Below are positions 23,936-37,430 of a stretch of 64,000 nt of DNA, piece after piece (positions within the stretch are counted from its first letter, which is position 1; each line of letters starts with the position of its first letter). The DNA comes from Malacoraja senta. Taxonomy: Eukaryota. Both the position numbers and the translations under genes were made by a program. The notes below the pieces were generated by a model. It worked only from the letters and a program-made list of their open reading frames with translations. It was not told the origin of the DNA and made no database searches. The stretch spans positions 2,048,001 to 2,112,000 of the forward strand of contig CM075995.1 of assembly GCA_038087875.1 (NCBI GenBank), read 5' to 3'.

Positions 23936-23965
23936 ACATGAGTTGGAGGGTCCCAGTTAGTCTAG

Positions 23966-24545
23966 TATCCCTCTAAACCTTTCCTGGCCATGTACCTCTC
24001 CAAGTGTCTTTTAATGGTGTTATTGGACCTGCCTCAACTACCTCTTCTGGCAGTTCATTTCATATACCCACCACCCTCTGAATGAAAAAATTGCCCTGAG
24101 TTTCCTATTGAATCTTTCCCCTCCCACCTTAAACCTATGTTCAAGAAGGAACTGCAGATGCTGGAGAATCGAAGGTAGACAAAATTGCTGGAGAAACTCA
24201 GCGGGTGCGGCAGCATCTATGGAGCGATAGATACTGCCGCACCCGCTGAGTTTCTCCAGCAATTTTGTCTACCTTAAACCTATGTTCTCTGGTTCTTGAT
24301 TCCCTTACGCTGGGTAAAAGACTGCGCATTCAGCCTATCAATTCCCCTCATGATGTTAGACACCACTATGTGATCACCACTTAGCCTCCTACACTTCAAA
24401 GAATAAAGTCCCAGCCTGTCTAATCTCTCCCTATAGCTCAGGCCCCCAACAGCCTCATAAATCTTCTCTGCACACTTTCCAGCTTAATGACATTCTTTCT
24501 ACAGCAAAACTGAATCAAATAATCCAAATATGACATCACCAATGT
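23966..24545 (-). mobile_element. CR1 3' fragment (continues at ~22355-22446) containing a Penelope palindrome at ~24143-24270
   Basis: ACCTTAAACCTATGTTC duplicated at 24126-24142 and 24271-24287. Confidence 0.82.
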
Positions 24546-24662
24546 TAAATCATTCAGGTGAACTGAAGGGAGCACTTCGGACAGTATCTTTAACTTAGTA
24601 AAGGAGAATTAAACCACACACGTCAATAATTGCCCAATTATTTTGGAGCTCATGTTTTGAGT

Positions 24663-25020
24663 TCGTAAGTGATAGGAGCAGAATTAGGCCATTCAGCCCA
24701 TCAAGTCTATAGACAATAGACAATAGGTGCAGGAGTAGGCCGTTTGGCCCTTCGAGCCAGCACCGCCATTCACTGTGATCAATTACGGCCTCCACAGCTG
24801 TGGCAATGAATTCCACAGATTCACCACCCTCTGACTAAAGAAATTCCTTCTCATCTAATTACTAAAGTTACGTCCTTTCCTTCTGAGACTGGTCCTTGAC
24901 TCTACCTCTAGTGGAAACATCCTCTCCACATCCACTCCATCCAGGCCTTTCACTATTCGGTAAGTTTTAATGAGGTTCCCCCTCATCCTTCTAAACTCCA
25001 GCGAGTACAGGCCCAGTATT
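24663..25020 (-). mobile_element. CR1 3' fragments (nested)
   Basis: Two CR1 3' UTR types juxtaposed. Confidence 0.8.
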
Positions 25021-25233
25021 ACCTTATCAATCTTGCATCTTGGACAAATACTGTGGAATTAAATGAGAACACATTACGCAACCAAATATCACTCCCCAAC
25101 GATATTTCATGCAAATAGGTGATTTATGCAAAAAAATTACTTACCACATTGTTAATTCAAAACAAAACGGGGAAAACAAACTGGAATTGACCTACTATTT
25201 AAGATGAAAAATCTGGGTGAATGTTATAAAGAA

Positions 25234-25760
25234 CTAGATCCAATCACACGGGAGGCCTGGTCCCCCAACGCAACCCATTCCCCAACACAAGATTCCACCA
25301 CTCACCCGTTCCCCCAACGCAACCCGTTCCCTCAACGCATTATTCCATCAATCACCCATAGCCCCTAACTGTGCAGGTGCGGCTCATTTCCCCTCATCCC
25401 CCAGCACACCCTCCCTCTCCTCTTCATGTGCAGGAGGGGAGGGGAGGTGGTATGGGGTGGGAGAGGAGGGGAGTGGGGGTGTAGGAGGGGAGTAGAGAGT
25501 GGTGTGGGGGGAGGGGGGTTGTGGGGGAGGGAGGTGTGTGGCGGGGGGAGGGAGGATGTGGGAGGAGGAGGAGGGGGCGTGGGGAGGGCTGTGTGGGTGG
25601 GGAGGAGGGGTGTGGGGACGGGAGGGAGGGGTGTGGGGGGGGGGAGGGGTGTGGGTGAGGGGGCGAGGGGTGTGGGGCGGGGAGGGGTGTGGAGGCGGGG
25701 GGGGGGGTATGGGAGGGGTGTGGGGGCGGGAGGGAGGGGTGAGGGTGTTGGAGAGAGGTT
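25234..25760 (-). mobile_element. Helitron 3' half
   Basis: Reverse complement matches ~53700-54236; ends CTAG|T at 25234; G-rich tract. Confidence 0.82.
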
Positions 25761-27516
25761 TGGTCATGAGGGATAAAGAGAACTGTTGGTTGAAGCCCCA
25801 GGCAGAGAATGGTTCAGTGGTGCTTTTATTGTCACCTGTGCAAGCTCACAGTGAAATTCCTTTCTATCAAACAGTCCAATAGAGTATTTCCATACCTAAG
25901 CGCATCCCCGATTAGCAAATTGTACAGAAATAGTTTACTGATCCCACAGGCAAGAAGTGCCTGGTTTTTGCCCGTTCCAGGCAAGTCCCTGGTTGCTGCA
26001 GTTCCTCGGCTACCAGCTGCCTTGGACGTGTGGATCGACCAGCGAACCGATGTCCATCTCCTCGCCTGTCCACCTATGTTCCCTGAGCGCGCCTCCCGCA
26101 GCCGACGACCTTGAGGGTGCGGTCGGTCATATCCCGGTTCCCTCTGCTACCGGCCTCGCTCCCCACCATTTGCATCCGTCGCCATCGCTGGCACCAGCCT
26201 CCCAGCCTCTGGTCTTTGGGGGGCGAGCAGGGGGACCTCCAGGCTGTGGTCCGCTGGGTCCTACAAGCCGAGGCCGGCTCAGCATCTTCCCCTTGCAGGC
26301 CGTGGTCTGCCCGGTCTTGTGTTTGCTGGGTCTTGTGTTTGGCCAAGCAAGGGCCGCGGCTTTTGGGGGGTGGAGCAGCCTCTGAATAAAGTCAGATATG
26401 TTTCTTTGGGGCAGAGTGGGGAGGAGCTGAGGTGAGGTCTCCACATTGGAGGCTTGGGCAGTCAGAGATCTAGATCATCAAACAGTCTGTAGCAGGCATG
26501 ATTTGAGTTTCGATGGCAATTGGCGGTGTGAGATTGGAGAGTGGGGATGGGCACAGTGCTGTGATGCATGCACGTAAGGATGGGACTTACAGTCAACGAG
26601 TACCAGTCCAACATGGCGGAAGTAAGGACTTAGTCTTCTGGGAGGCACTGACAAAATGGTTACCTATGTTGACAAAAAGAGCTCTGCATGGTGGAATGAT
26701 AACACTTCACATATCCCAGGGGTTATGAGAAGGCAGGAGAATGGTGCTGAGAGGGAAAGATAGAACCGCCATGATTGAATGGCGGAGTAGACTTGATGGG
26801 CCTAATGGTCTATTCTGTTCCTATAACTTATGAGCCAGCCTGGAACAAACACGAGGAAATGCCCAGTCAGATTTCCAGACACCAAGAAACCAGAAGTTTC
26901 TTCACAAACTCGCAAAGAAGTTGTTCGCACACTTCCCTCCATCCACCTACCATTCTTAGTCACTCTGCTTTGAAGTAAACAATACAAGCTTTTATATTAC
27001 TTTTACGTACTTTAAACTTTATGGCCAATGCAATCCTTGTAAAATTATAAAAGATGCAAAACAAATTCACGATTAAAAAATTATCAAAATCAATTTTGAA
27101 CCTTTAAGCTGGAGAACGTTCCTGGTTACCCGCTATTACATGAGTTTCCTGACATCACACTGAATGGTCTGACTACAGTTCCATGGTTTCCCTTGCCTTG
27201 CCCCACACTCTCCCACACAAAGATGCAGCACTGTTTGCGGGGCAATATTTTTTCCTGTATCTGTTTTCCAAACTGCCCGCTTTGAGGGTTGAGTTCTACC
27301 TCGCTATTGCTTCTCCCCCTGTATTGAGCTCAAGGCTCATTTCCATTATTTTTGCAGCATCACTGGAACATTGGATAATTTTACTGTATTGATCATTGCA
27401 CTATTAAAGTTTGAGGGATCATGATTCTTAATCAATTCTTCCTTCTCCAACATACAACCGTTAAAATCTCAAACTACCTTAATTATTTCCATATTTCCCA
27501 ACATTTGGAGCCTTAA

Positions 27517-28222
27517 TCTATACATAACTAAAACTCTGATCTTGTGCTCTTCCGGTTTGCATGGTCTTTCTATTTGCGCAAAAACGGTACAAGACAGCGC
27601 TACGATTTTTCGCCAGCTCACTCCGTTCTCCTATGCTGCGAGTGCACCAAGTTTCGTTCCGATCGGTGGTCTATTGCAAAAGGTAGCGAGGTATAAAATT
27701 CTTTAAAACCGCGCTAGCGCAGATCGATCTCCTCTCCTGCCAGTCAGCGCCGCGTGGATTGGTCATTTGTCCCGTCACTCCGTGGGACGGTCCGCCCTTT
27801 CCTGCGCCATCGCGTCTTTACTGGAGGTGAGGGACGCTGCGGGTAGCCGGCGGAGGTCTCCACCCGGACACAATTTTCAGAGGGACTGGAGGTGGCCCGG
27901 CGAGGCGCGGGAGATGTCGCCAAATGGAAAGCGGAGAATCTGATCCCGGCGTAGGAGAATGGCCAGCGACCAGTGCCCGCTGTGAGGCCCCATCGCACCA
28001 CCAACTCCAGCCCCTTCCCCTCTGGTCCCCCTCGCTGGCTCCTGCCCACCTCCCCCATGATACCCCCCCTCTCCCCCACAAACCCCGTCTTTTCTCCGAG
28101 CTCTCCCCCCCCACACCCCTCTCCCCCCACAACCCGCTCCCATCCCCCTCCCTCACATCCCTTCCACCCACCCCCCACCCCCCCCGCCCCCACACCCCTC
28201 CCCGCCCACACACACCACACCC
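27517..28222 (+). mobile_element. Helitron 5' half
   Basis: A|TCTATACATAACTAAAACT..; colinear with 52898 to ~53550; ends in C-rich tract. Confidence 0.85.
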
Positions 28223-28250
28223 AATAGTGCGTCCACCAGAAAATAATATA

Positions 28251-28643
28251 CAGGAACATCACCTATTTTCCGGCATCCTTGGTTCCAGAGCATTTCTAGA
28301 TTTTCCGTTTTGCCGGCCAACAGAGATAACAGCATCCGAGAGGAGCCAGAAGGTCTGTCTAGGCAGCCGAGGGGCCGAGATACCGGTCCGCAAAGTTGGC
28401 CTCGGAAGTCAACTGTGGGAACAGATCTGCCGGCTCCGGCAGAACCTTGGCTGCAGGGGGCAAATTCGACCCGCCGATCGGCCGTGGAAGTCCCAACGAG
28501 GATGAGATCGGCCGACCCACCTGCCCAAGGCTCCACATTTTCAGGGGGACTTCTGGAGGGAATTTCAAGTGTGCTCTCGTAATTTTGTCTGGATTAAAGT
28601 AGGTGCCGGACCAGCAATTGCTGAAAAATCAGTGGTGGATCTG
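28251..28643. mobile_element. Probable Tc1/mariner (Tigger-like) MITE
   Basis: TA|CAG...CTG|TA with imperfect ~25 bp TIR (CAGGAACATCACCTATTTTCCGGCA vs CAGATCCACCACTGATTTTTCAGCA). Confidence 0.6.
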
Positions 28644-29450
28644 TAGTCCCTAAGTTTCTGGGCAAATAGATGTAACATTCTGAACATTTGCAATATTGTT
28701 AATAGGTAATTAGTTGAATAAAACCAGCTACGCTGTCTCTGTGTGATTGTGTACTGCCTAGGTGATGTCTGGTAAATGATTTTATCGAGTAGTATGCAAA
28801 GCATTTCACTGCACCTAGGAAGGTACATGTAACAATAAAGTATAATTTAATCATTTAATCATGCATTTGACTTCATCAATCGTGTTCTTTCGACTGTGCT
28901 ATACACAATGGATATTCCATTGGAAGGACTTGGTGGGAAATATTTATTTCAACTGTTTCAAAACTTCAGTAGAAGTTGCAATCACTGTCGTACATAGCAT
29001 TGTAAGGAACCGTGCCCGTTGATGTTTTCAACGATGATGATGATGATGTTTCAAAGATCTTATGTAAGATTAATTGAACTACTTTCATTTGCATGTTTGA
29101 AGACTTAGAATTCAAATTGTATGCCAGGAATAAACACCTCAATGGGGACATTTTGGAGTACCTCTCTTCTTATCTAATCGCAGGCAATTGAACATCTGCC
29201 TGTCCCTGCATGCATGTTAAAATGCAAAGGAAATCCTGGCTGTGGCTTCTCACAGTCACTATTACCTGCTCTGAGACATTTTAATTTAGTTTAGTTTACA
29301 TGCTAAAATAGGTGCAGGAATAGGCCCTTCGAGACAGCATTCAATACGATCATGGCTGATCATCCAAAATCAGTACCCCATTCCTGCCTTTTCCCCATAT
29401 CCGTTGATTCCGTTTGCCCCAAGAGCTAAATCTAACTCTCTCTTGAAAAC

Positions 29451-29726
29451 TTAGTTTAGTTTAGTTTAGATATAGAGCGGAAACAGGCCCTTAGCCCACC
29501 GAGTCCGCGCCGACCAGCGATCACCGAACACACCAGCACACACAATTTTACCGAAGCTAATTAACCAACAAAACTGTACGTCTTTGGAACGTGGGAGGAA
29601 ACTGAAGCACTCTCGCGGTCATGGGGAGAACATACAAACTACCTACAGACAGCACAAGTCAGGATCGAACCCAGGTCTCTGCCGCTGTAAGGCAGCAACT
29701 CAACCGCTGTGCCACCATGCCGCCCA
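29451..29726 (-). mobile_element. HE1-like V-SINE
   Basis: Family match. Confidence 0.86.
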
Positions 29727-29979
29727 CAATGTCAATTCATCTTTGCCAATTAATCCAGCAGTGTTTCCATATATAGCGACAATGCCTTGATTATATCTTA
29801 AAATCTTTTTAAAAATCAGCATGACCATGAATGGGAGATGCTGCAATATGTATTTTCTAGCGGTTTTGTCGCTGATGGTTGCTGACTTTGCAGTGTTTCA
29901 AAGGTAACCTGCAGGGGATGCATGTTCTTTGGAACACTGTCCTCTGTGATATATTCATCTAGGTTTAACTTTCATCTAG

Positions 29980-30951
29980 ATGTGGTGCAGTGGTAGACTT
30001 GCTGCCTTACAGCGCTTACAGAGACCCGGGTTCGATCTTGGCTACGGGTTTATGAAGTATAAGTAACACTCAGTCATAATTAACTTCATAAAAATTACTT
30101 TATTAAGAATACATACAGAGCCCATAGCATCGGCTATTGTAAGGCTCAGCACCAAAGATTAGACTGAGTCTTACTGCGTACCACCAGATGGCATGGTGAA
30201 GACCAGGTATGGATCATGGATCGGGTCGGCAATAACAAGACCAGACATGGATCACAATCAGCTATAGTGAGACCGCCGAGAAAAACATCGCGGAGCTGCG
30301 GGTCTATGGATCGGCCAGCTGCGGGCGGCGGCACTGACTTTAACATCGGGAGCCTCGGATCTCTCACCGAGATCGCCAGTGGTGGAGCTCCATCCAGCGC
30401 GGCCTTGTTGGCTTCGGAGGCCGCGGTCTCCAGTAAGGAAGAGGCCATTTCAGGTGTCCCAAGCCGCTGAGAGGAATCTCCCGACGCCGGAGCACCATCA
30501 CCCGGCGAAAACGGTCTGGAACATCGGGCCTCCGTAAAGGCGACTGCGGAGGCCTCATTAGGCCCGACTATGGGTGGACATGGGATGGGGACTGGACATT
30601 GTGCCTTCCCTCATAATGGGAACCATTGTGGGGGGATGTTTTTTATGTTTAAATCTCTTTATTATTGTTATGTCTGTATTCTTTTTTTTATGTGCTGCAT
30701 TGGCAAGAAGCATTTCACTACACCTATGGTGTATGTGACCAATAAAATAAACTTTGAACCTGTGTGGGGGTTTTCCGAGAACTTCGGTTTCCTCCCACAC
30801 TCCAAAGACGTACAGATTTGTAGGTTCATTGGTTTGGTATAAATGTAATAAGTGTAGGATAGTGTTAATGTGCGGGGATCGCTGGTTGATGTAAACTCGT
30901 TGGGCCAAAGGGCCTGTTTCCGCGTTGTATCTCTAAACTAAATAAACTAAA
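29980..30951 (+). mobile_element. HE1-like SINE split by a ~700 bp GC-rich insertion (~30051-30759) with Rex1-type tail
   Basis: SINE head 29980-30050; body resumes ~30760; insert ends GCATTTCACTACACC..GTGACCAATAAA. Confidence 0.75.
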
Positions 30952-31524
30952 TCCCACAGCAGGTTGTAGGGATAACACTTCACTGTTAAATATTCCAGTT
31001 ACAACACTCCACTGTTAGAAATTCAAGTTAATCGATAATTCACCTCAACATTTTGTTTTCAAACTCGCTGTGGTCTTTTAAATATCGCCCGTTGCTCTCC
31101 CACTGATAGGTTTATGAGCCTGCAAGATGTTGCTGGAATCCATTCCAAATCATAAGGCAGAGCCGTCTGTTCCTTCAACATCTAAACAATAAAGCCAGTC
31201 TTTCTTCGCCTTCCTCCAGCAATTTGCATTGCAGCTTGTCCAAACCTCATCAACAGTGACACACTAAGTATTATCTACATCGCAAAATATGTGGTAAAGA
31301 AATTAATGGACGATCCCTGAACCATCGCTGTTGTTTTCGCCTCGTTGGCGATTTTGGAAAGTTTTCGTTACAATACATTTGAACTCCCAAAATTAACTAG
31401 AAATAAGCCTATGCAGAAGAAAAACAAAACTGTGCAAAACAATCCCACATTTCAGAATGAATGGGCTACTGCTCAGAAAACAGGGAATCTTTGAAAAGAG
31501 ATTTGCAAAAAGATTGGAAAAGCA

Positions 31525-31912
31525 AATTGGAGGAACTGCACCTCATATTTTGCTTGGGCAGCTTGCAACCCAGTGGTATGAATAATGGTTTCTCTAACTT
31601 TAAGTAACCTTGCAACCTATCTCTCTCCATTCCTCCCCCACCCGTCGTATTAACTTCAAAGTCGTCTTGTTGAGTTTCATTGTCTGTAACTCGTTTTCAC
31701 CCAGCCCACAGCTGACAATGGCCTGTTTCCTTTATCATCGCTACTTATTTTGCATATCTTTCATTCATTTGTACTATATCTCTCTATATAGCTACCTTTA
31801 TCTCTCGTTTCCCTTTCCCCTTACTCTCAGTCTCAGCTCCGAAGAGTTACCTATTCCTTTTCTACCGAGATGGTGTCTGACCCGCTGAGTTGCTCCAGCT
31901 TTTTGTATCTAC
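31525..31912 (+). mobile_element. Penelope 3' fragment
   Basis: KLEELHLIFCLGSLQPSGMN-like C-terminus followed by terminal repeat. Confidence 0.75.
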
Positions 31913-33235
31913 CTCTGGAAAAAGAAAAAAAACTGTTTCTTGAAAAAGGTAGATAAATCCAATAACTGTAGCAAGCATTCCACAATCCGATTGTAACAAA
32001 TGAAAATCCAAAATAAAACGGACTCAACTTTCAGCAGTCACAGAGAGATAAAGCACAGAAAAAGGCCATTTGGCCCACCAAGTGCGCACCTACCATCATC
32101 TGCTCGTTGAAGCTAGTCCTACATTAATCCCTTTCTCCCTACGTTGTCCACACCTCTCCCCACCGAGACTCTGCCAACCACCTACATAGTATGGGCAATT
32201 TACAGTTATCAAGGAACCTAACAACCTGCCCGTCTTTTGGGTGTTAGAGGAAATAGGAGCACCTGCAAGAAACTTGAATTGGAACACCTCTTAGAGGCCA
32301 TGCATCAAGATCTCACAGAAGGCATGTGTAAGTGATATTAAGAGCACACCACCCTACAGACTACCTAGAACATAGTACAGAATCAGGTACAGGCCCTTTG
32401 GCGCATGATGTTTGTGCCAAACATGCTAAAGACAGGCACAAATTGCTGGAGTAACTCAGTGGGACAGGCAGCATTTCTGGATAGAAGGAATGGCTGACGT
32501 TTCAGGTGGACTGAGAGTCAGGGGAGAGGGAGACATAGAGATATGGAAGGGTAAGGTGTGAAAACATGGTACATTGGTACATTGTTAGCTGAGGTGACAA
32601 CGAGGCATCAATCTCTTCTGCCTGCACATGATCCATATCTCTCCACACTCTCATCCCAAAGCCTCTTGAAGCACCACTATCTCATTTGCTTCCACCATCC
32701 CTCACATTCCAGGCACTCACCACACTCGGTGAAAACTTGCCCCACACATCTCTTCTAAACTTTCTCCCTCGGACCTCAGAGCTATGTCCTCTAGTCTTTC
32801 ACATTTCCTCTGGGAAAAGGGTTTTGATTGTCCACCCTAATTCCCCAATTCCCCAATTGCCACCATTTGTGCCCTTCAGTCAAAAGCAGATATGCACCAG
32901 AATATCAATAACTGTCCCATAATTATATTTTTTGTTGGGAAATACTTGAGAATTTGTGGACCTGACTGAAGAGTGAAAATTTGCTACTGTCACACTACAT
33001 GATACTTTGGTAAATTTCACATCAACCATGCTTGATCTTGAGGGTTAGTTCAGTTTAGTTTATTGTCACGTCTACCAAGATAACGGTGAAAAGCTTTTGT
33101 TGTGTACTAACCAGTCAGCGGGAAGACAATGCATGCTTACAATCGAGCCGTCCACAGTCCTACAATCCTTCCATTTGGCTGTAACAAAACTTTAAATCTT
33201 GTAATTTTCTGATTATCATCACTCTAGCGATAAGA

Positions 33236-33940
33236 AGGTGCAACGAGACCTGGGTGTGCTTGTACATCAGTCACTGAAAATAAGCATGCAGGTACAGCAG
33301 GGAGTGAAGAAAGCTAATGGCATTTTGGCCTTCAATGCGAGAGGATGTGAGTTTAGGAACAAGGAGGTCCTACCGCAGTTGTACAGGGCCCTGATGAAAC
33401 CGCACGGAGTAATGTGTGCAATTTTGGTCTCCTAATTTGAGGAAGGACATTATTGCTATTGAGGGAATGCAGCGTAGGTCCACCAGGTTAATTCTCAGAA
33501 TGGCGGGACTGACATACGATGAAAGAATGGGTCGACTGAGCTTGTATTCACTGGAAATTAGGATGTGATGGGATCTTATAGAAACATATAAAATTCTTCA
33601 AGGATTGGACAGGCTAGATGCAGGCTAGTGAAGTCCAAAACCAGGGGGTCACAGTTTAAGAATAAGGAGGCCATTTAGGACTGAGATGAGGAAACAAATA
33701 TTCACCCAGAGAGTTGTGAATCTGTGGAATTCTCTGGCACAGAAGGCAGTGGAGGCCAATTCACCGGATGGTTTCGAAAGAGAGTAAGATTTAGCTCTTA
33801 GGGCTAAAGGAATCAGGGGCTAACGAGAAAAAGCAGGAACGGGGTACTAATGTTAGATGATCAGCCATGATCGTATTGAATGGCGGTGCTGGCTTGAAGG
33901 GCCGAATGGCCTACTCCTGCACCTATTTTGCTATGTTTCA
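33236..33940 (+). mobile_element. CR1 3' portion
   Basis: QRDLGVLVHQSLKISMQVQQ..KKANG and 3' UTR. Confidence 0.92.
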
Positions 33941-34578
33941 AAATGATTAAACCAATTAGTTAAACTTAACAGACCTCAAACATAATAAAACTTTTTTTTA
34001 ATTTCGGTTGAATTAATGAAAAGGAGCATAGTAAATTTACATTCAAAATTTTATGTTCAGTTACAAAATATATTTAAATTTTTCATGCTTAATTCTCCAA
34101 TGATTTAAGTTCTCCTTTGAAAGATTATGCGGTATTCAGCGTTATCATGGCAGTACTTAGTTGGGAAGATTTAGAGCTCAGGACATGGCCGATGAAGATA
34201 AAAAGAATTAATGTAATAAGATCTGCGATAAATGAATTAAAACAGAAGATAGGTCGACTCATGGGCTAATCTTTAACTTGAAAATAATTCAAATCTTGAA
34301 AAGTTGAAGGACATTTCACGTTGATTTTGTGGGCACCTAAAAGGCAGGATTTCCTTCTGAGTCAGACAACATTAAAGAGGTATTGTTGTATTGATGTATT
34401 TGTTATCAGACAGAATAGCACGACCGACCAACGATCTACTGACAGGTTTCACATTTGATAAGCACCACAGTCTAACAGCAGATAGGGTTGACAAGGCAGC
34501 ATGTACATACATATGCTGCAGTGCAACTTTACTTCATGGCCGTCAATAGGATATTGTCGCAGCAATAGGCAAAGAACA

Positions 34579-34895
34579 TGGGTGGCACAGTGGTAGACTT
34601 GCTGCCTTACAGTGCCAGAGACCCGGGTTCAACCCTGTCTACGAGTGCTGTCTGTATGGAGTTTGTACGTTCTCCCTGTGACTGCGTGGGTTTTCTCCGG
34701 GAGCTCCGGTTTCCTTCCACACTCCAAAGATGTACAGGTTTGTTTGTTAATTGGTTTGGTAAATTTGTAAATTTGCCCTAGTGTGTGTAGGATAGGGTTA
34801 GTGTGCGGGAATCGCTGGTCAGCACGGGCTCAGTGGGCAGCGGGCTCAGTGGGCAGAAGGGCCTGTTTCTGTGCTGTATCTCTAAACTAAACTAA
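34579..34895 (+). mobile_element. HE1-like V-SINE
   Basis: Full structure; small tandem duplication CGGGCTCAGTGGGCAG. Confidence 0.88.
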
Positions 34896-35666
34896 AAAAG
34901 ATGTCAATGTCTTCAAAATAAGTTTTTCTTTAATATTTAAAATACATTCTTTATAATGTAATCAATCAGATCGAGCGTGCGGAACGGATGCGGCCTGCAG
35001 CGGCACAGAACAACAGAGCAGCGGTAGAGGACATCGATACATTGCCTGCTGGGCCGACCGCGACAACTCCGATCTAGTGTCGCCACCAGGACAATGGACC
35101 TTTATGGCCAAACTAAGACTTTTATAAAAAACTAACTTTTTTTTAAGTCTCAGACTTGAAGGGTACAAAATGGCACCTAAAAAGTGTCCGTACACAGGAG
35201 AGTGTGATCTACCATCTTACACTTATACCTAGTATGATTGCGCCTAATGTATAGCAGCATTGACACGGAACTGTCTGCAAAAAAAAGAATTTCACTGCAG
35301 TTCAGTTTGGTTGATTGTCACACGTGCCATGGTAGAGTGAAACGTTTTTGGTTGCGTGCTATCCAGTCAGCTGAAAGACTATACACAATTACAATCAACT
35401 ACTTGTGTACAGATGATAATAAAGTACCATTGAACCATTCAACCTTTGCAGGGTTACATTCTTCATACTGAACAGAATCTGTTCTCTATTAGGCTGGATG
35501 CTTAATTTGTAAAGATTATGTTATTTACATTGAAGCCAATGCCACCTCAGAAATGCACACATGACTGTCAAGTTACTATCAGTGAAATGAGAGCACTCAA
35601 ATGTTTGAACAAGAAACCATTGCCTATAAGAGCCAGGTGCAAGAGTTTTAAGAAACTACATCTTTT

Positions 35667-35918
35667 GTTCGATCCTGACCATGGGTGCTTGTCTGTACGG
35701 AGTTTCTACATTCTCCCCGTGACCCACGTGAGTTTTCTCCGGGATCTCCGGCTTCCTCCCACACTCCAGAGGCATACACATTTGAAGGCAAATTGGCTTG
35801 ATATAACTATAAATTGTCCCCAGTGCGTGTAGGATCGTGTTAGTGTGCGGGTATCGATGGTTGACGCATACTTGGTGGGCCGATGAGCATGTTTCCACGC
35901 TGTATCTCTAAACTAAAC
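35667..35918 (+). mobile_element. HE1-like V-SINE, 5' truncated
   Basis: Starts at B box. Confidence 0.85.
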
Positions 35919-36249
35919 CAGATACAAATCTCCGCAGAGGTATCACAGGTTCTGTATATATCCTGATAATATACCTGAAAAACTGCTGATAAAGAAAATT
36001 CTCCAAAATGCTCCTGTAGTTTGCGAAAAGGCAGATAAAATTAAAGAAAACATTACAGCTTTTAGCACTCTTTCACGAACAACTTTCAACCAATGAATAT
36101 TGCATTCTGCAAGTAACTCTTTAAAAAATATTGAAATGCGACTCTTAATCAGAAACAATCTTTCAAATTTAAATTTGGAGCAACAAACTCTTAGAGTTGC
36201 ACGGTACAGAAACAGGCCCTTGGGCCCATCAAGTCCACAATAGCTAGAG

Positions 36250-36625
36250 AGTCATAAAGTCATCGAATTTTACAGTGTGGAAACAGGCCCTTCAGCCCAA
36301 CTTGCCCACAACGGCCAAAATGTTCCAGCAACACTAGTCCCATCTACCAGTCCATATCCCTAAAAAACTGTCCTATCCATGTACCTGTCTAACAGCTTCT
36401 TAAATATTCGGTTAGCCCCTGCCTCAACTACCTCCTGTGGCAGCTTGTTCCATACATCCACCACCCTTTGAGTGAAAAAGTTACCCCTCAGCTTCCTATT
36501 AAATCTTTTCTCCATCACCTTAAACCTATGTCTTCTGGTCCTCGATTCACCTACTCTGGGCAAGAGACTCTGTGCATCTACACGATCTATTCCTCTCATG
36601 ATCTATACACCTCTATAAGATCACA
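36250..36625 (-). mobile_element. CR1 3' end
   Basis: MRGIDRVDAQSLLPRVGESRTR.HRFKV..FFTQRVV. Confidence 0.9.
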
Positions 36626-36837
36626 CTTATTTACACTTGTACACTTATCCTTTATACAGACGCCGTCCAAGATTAGGACTATTCCCGTGTCGCTGGGTGC
36701 TGCCCTACTTATTCACAGGATGTGGGTATCAATGGCATTTATTAAATCTATTGCCTCAAGTTCACTCCACCCAACCCCAATCCAGATTATCATCCCCTCT
36801 CTATGCTGACTCTGCAAAGAAACTCTGAGTGACAAAC

Positions 36838-37215
36838 AACAGCTCGGCATTCAATACCATCATCCCCTCCACGCTGGTTACCAAGCTCATGGAACTGGGT
36901 CTCTGCAAATCCATGTGCAATGGGATCTTCGACTTCCTCATCCACAGACCACAGTCTGTTTGAATTGGCAGAAACACTTCTTCCTCATTTTCAAACAGTA
37001 CGGGAGCACCTTAAGTAGAGCCCCCTGCTCTACTCACTCTATACTCATGACTGTGTAGCCGGACACAATGTGTACTCCATCTTCAAGATCGCCGACGACA
37101 CCACCTGTGTTGCACGAATCCCAGATGGGGATGAGTCAGAGTATAGAAGCGAGATCGACCGATTGACCAAATGGTGTCAGCACAACAACCTGGCTCTCAA
37201 TATCAGTAAAACCAA
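36838..37215 (+). mobile_element. Rex1/Babar-like RT fragment
   Basis: [46 protein letters not shown]. Confidence 0.82.
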
Positions 37216-37430
37216 TGAGCAGCATCTCTGGAGAACACGGATAGGTGACGTTTTGAGTTGTGACCCAAGGTGACGATTCGGGTCGGGAGCCTTCTTCAGT
37301 ATGAAGAATCGCTCTGACCCGAAACATCACCAATCCATGTTCTCCAGAGATGCTACCAGACCAGCTGAGTTACTCCAACATTTTTTGGTGTGTTTATATT
37401 TGTAAACCAGCATCTGCACTTCCTTGTATC
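37216..37430. mobile_element. Palindromic Penelope-derived repeat
   Basis: GCAGCATCTCTGGAGAA.. / ..TTCTCCAGAGATGCT with hammerhead-like remnants. Confidence 0.75.

Larger units (their letters stand above)
22447..23965 (+). mobile_element. Non-autonomous Helitron
   Basis: 5' TC, 3' CTAG, inserted between A and T with no TSD; removal restores the CR1 3' UTR CCCA|TATCCCTCTAAACC; 5' region homologous to 27517 and 52898. Confidence 0.88.

Noticed and set aside
23275..23976. Long His/Thr- and Val/Cys-rich ORFs
   Set aside because: Translations of the (TG)n microsatellite.
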